A stretch of 64,000 nucleotides of DNA from Octopus sinensis (lineage: Eukaryota), in contig NC_042998.1 in NCBI RefSeq assembly GCF_006345805.1, forward strand, positions 79,484,001-79,548,000, written 5' to 3'. Below the pieces are notes generated by a model, which had not been told where the DNA came from, did not search any database, and worked only from the letters and a program-made list of their open reading frames with translations. The translations under genes and the position numbers were made by a program. This document shows positions 61,051 to 64,000 of the stretch, piece after piece (position 1 is the first letter of the stretch; the number at the start of each line of letters is the position of its first letter).

Positions 61051-61749
61051 TTTGTTTTGATATATATATATATATATATATACACAGACACATATCTATA
61101 TTTAAAAAGTTCAACTGAAATCAAGTCAAAATCAAAATCCAATGGACATACACATATAGATTCTTTTACTTAGACTGCAGTCGTGCTGAGACAATACTTT
61201 GAAGGGTTTCATTAAAAAAAAACCCAACCCTAATACATATTTTTGTAAGTCTTGTAATTATTTTATCATTTTCTTTTGCTGAACTACTAAGTTATAGGGA
61301 CATATAAAAAAAAAACAGCATCAATAGTCAAGTGGTGATGGAGGACAAACACACACACACACACAACAGAATAAATAATTTTCAAGAAAATGTGAAATAA
61401 TTCTTTTTTGGAGAGGCAGAGCTAAGCACTTAAAGGTATAAATATTAGCACATAACGTTGATTTAAAAAAAAACCATTGGATAGAAAAGTTGACACACAT
61501 GATGAGCTTCTTGCAGTTTCTGTCCACCAAATTCACTCACAAGGCATTGGTTGGTCTGAGACTATTGTAGAAGACACATGCCAAAGATGCTGCACAGTGG
61601 AACTGAACCCAAGACCACATGGTTGCAAAGCAAACCTCTTAACCACACAGCCATACCTACACCTAATATCTCTGCATTGAAAGGAATGTTATATTTGAGA
61701 ATGAATTTGTAAAGTCACAAACATATGCTTAATAAACATAGGAGAGAAA

Positions 61750-63926
61750 TGTGTCTGCATGGATGACGGTGCACCTGCTTTTAATGATTCTGCAAAGAAA
61801 GAAGCTTGGAGAAGCCATTATGAAAGGCTGCTGAATGTGGAGAATGAATGGGAAAGGGACCAGATACATGAATTGATAGCACCATGGTAAGATAAAGCAA
61901 TTAAGGATATGAAGTCAGGAAAAGCCCCCGGCCCATCAGGAATCACTGCTAGGATGCTTAAAATATCTGGTGGTGTAGGATATGGTCTAGTCATCCATAT
62001 TGTAAACTAGGTACTTCATGAAGGAGTCATACTCAATGAGTGGCATAGCAGCACCATTAGTCAACTGCTACAAAGGTGATGCTTTAATAAAAATAACTAC
62101 AGGGTATCAAACTGCTGGATCAGGTGATAAAGGTCACAGAGTAGGTCATAGCCAAACTAATTAGGAAGGGAGTATGCTTAGATGAGATGCAGTTTGGTTT
62201 TGTGCCAGGTAGAAGCACCACTGATGCTATATTCCTGGTAAGGCAACTGCAGGAGAAATACCTAGCCAAAGATAAACCCCTATACTTGGCTTTTGTTGAC
62301 TTGGACAGGGTCCCCTGATCCCTTATCTGGTGGGTGATGCAGAAACTAGGGATTAACGAGTAGTTAATAAGAGCTGTACAGGGATGCTGTTAGCAAAGTA
62401 AGGGTCAGCAATGAGTATAGTGAAGAATTCCGGGTAGAAGAAGGGGTTCACCAAGAATCAGCCCTCAACCCCCTTTTATTCATCATAGTCTTCCAGGCAA
62501 TAACAGAGGAATTCAAGACAGGTTGCCCCTGGGTGCTCCTCTATGCTGATGACCTTGTTCTCATAGCAGAATCGCTATCAGAACTAGAGAATAAAAATTG
62601 TGGAAGCAAGGTTTAGAATCAAAGGGCCTTAGAGTCAGTGTTGCAAAAACCAAAGTCCTAGTAAGTAGGAAGGCAAACACATCACAAATCCTTTCGGGTA
62701 GATGGCCCTGCTTGATCTGTAGAAAAGGTGTAGTTAGAAACTCTGTACCCAGTGTAAGCTATGGACGCATAAGAGGTGCAGCAACATCTAAGGAAGGTTA
62801 ACCAGGATGATAGCTTTTGTGTGCAGCAGATGCACAGGGGCAATAAACGCTGCAGATGCTCAGAAAACAGATTCCATTACATGGTAAGGGAAGAAACTAG
62901 AAATAGTTGATAGCTTACACTACCAAGGTGATCAAGTCTGTAATGGGGGTGGATGCTTGGAGAGCATTGCCACTAGAATAAGAATGGTCTGGGCAAAGTT
63001 CAGAAAGCTCCTACCTCTACTGGTGACAAAGGGCCTCTCACTCAGAGTGAAAGGTAGATTGTACGATGCATGTGTGTGAACTGCCATACTACACGGCAGT
63101 GAAACATGGGCCATGAATGCTGAAGACAAGCGTAGGCTTGAAAGAAATGACGCTAGTATGATCCACTGGATGTGTAATGTCAGTATGCACACACAACAGA
63201 GTGTAAGCACCCCAAGAGAAATGTTGGACATAAGAAGCATCAGATGTGTGCAACAGAGACAACTGCACTGGTATGGTCATGTACTGCGGATGGATGAGGA
63301 GAGCTGTGTGAAGAAGTGTCACTCTCTAACAGTGGAAAGAACTTGTAGAGGGAGACCCAGGAAGACATGGGATGAGGTGGTGAAGCATGACCTTCGAACA
63401 TTGGGCTTCACAGAACCAGTGACGAAAGACAGAGACCGCTGGAGATATGCTGTGATTGAGAAGATCCTGCAAGTAAAGTGAGATCACAGCTGTAGCCTAT
63501 ACCAGTGTCGCATAAAAAGCCCATTTCAAAAGTAACTTTGAATTGTTGGGCAACACGCCGTGCTTGATGAGACCTATTGTGTCAAGTAAAATCAAAAATC
63601 AAATCACAATTGAAAATGGAAATTGTAGTTGTGGCTGATGCCAGTGCCACCTGACTGGCTCCCATGCTGGTGGCATGCAATAAGCACCATTCATGCATGG
63701 GTCATTGCCAGTGCCACCTGACTGGCTCCCTGTACCGGTAGCACATAAAAAGCACCCACTACATTCTCAGAGTGGTTGGCATTAGGAAGGGCATCCAGCT
63801 GTAGAAAGATTGCCAGATCAGATTGGAGCCTGGTGTGGCCTCCTGGCTTGTCAGTCCCCAGACAAACCGTCCAACCCAAGCCAGCATGGAAAACGGATGT
63901 TAAACGGTGATGATGGTGATGATGAT
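61750..63926 (+). mobile_element. 5'-truncated RTE LINE with RT domain, decayed
   Basis: Pieces GKAPGPSGIT, DEMQFGFVPGRSTTDAIFLVRQLQEKYLAK..LYLAFVDL, PWVLLYADDLVL and ORF 63113..63481, then a 3' UTR ending in (GAT)n; frameshifts and stops. Confidence 0.95.
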
Positions 63927-64000
63927 ATTTCATACTCAAGAAGAATCATTCTCTACAGCAAAATTGTTAATGTCACTGCCTCTGCTGAAGAAGATTGGCC

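Overview
AT-rich, repeat-dense eukaryotic genomic DNA. The repeat families and dense (TA)n/(CA)n microsatellites suggest an octopod cephalopod (inference from sequence style, no database check). Most of the window is decayed mobile DNA: RTE, CR1, L1/Tx1 and RLE-type LINEs, Penelope-like remnants, tRNA-derived SINEs, two near full-length mariners, piggyBac-, Merlin- and Helitron-type non-autonomous elements, a Helitron helicase fragment and a probable CMC/Chapaev-like transposase remnant. Host genes: three small intron-containing genes of unknown function are supported only by phase-consistent exon pairs (minus 5.7-8.6 kb, plus ~15.0-15.4 kb, minus from 19.4 kb upward). There is also one clean 788-bp exon (55477-56264, minus) encoding a short-chain dehydrogenase whose active site has the Y-x6-K spacing of bacterial enoyl-ACP reductases (FabI/FabL). 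The two most interesting signals are (1) a 156-bp palindrome whose two arms each contain a minimal type I hammerhead ribozyme motif, one per strand, triplicated in a near-identical ~1.0-1.2 kb tandem array at 30.4-34.1 kb, and (2) the FabL/FabI-like SDR exon wedged between two DNA transposons. Boundaries of decayed elements are approximate.
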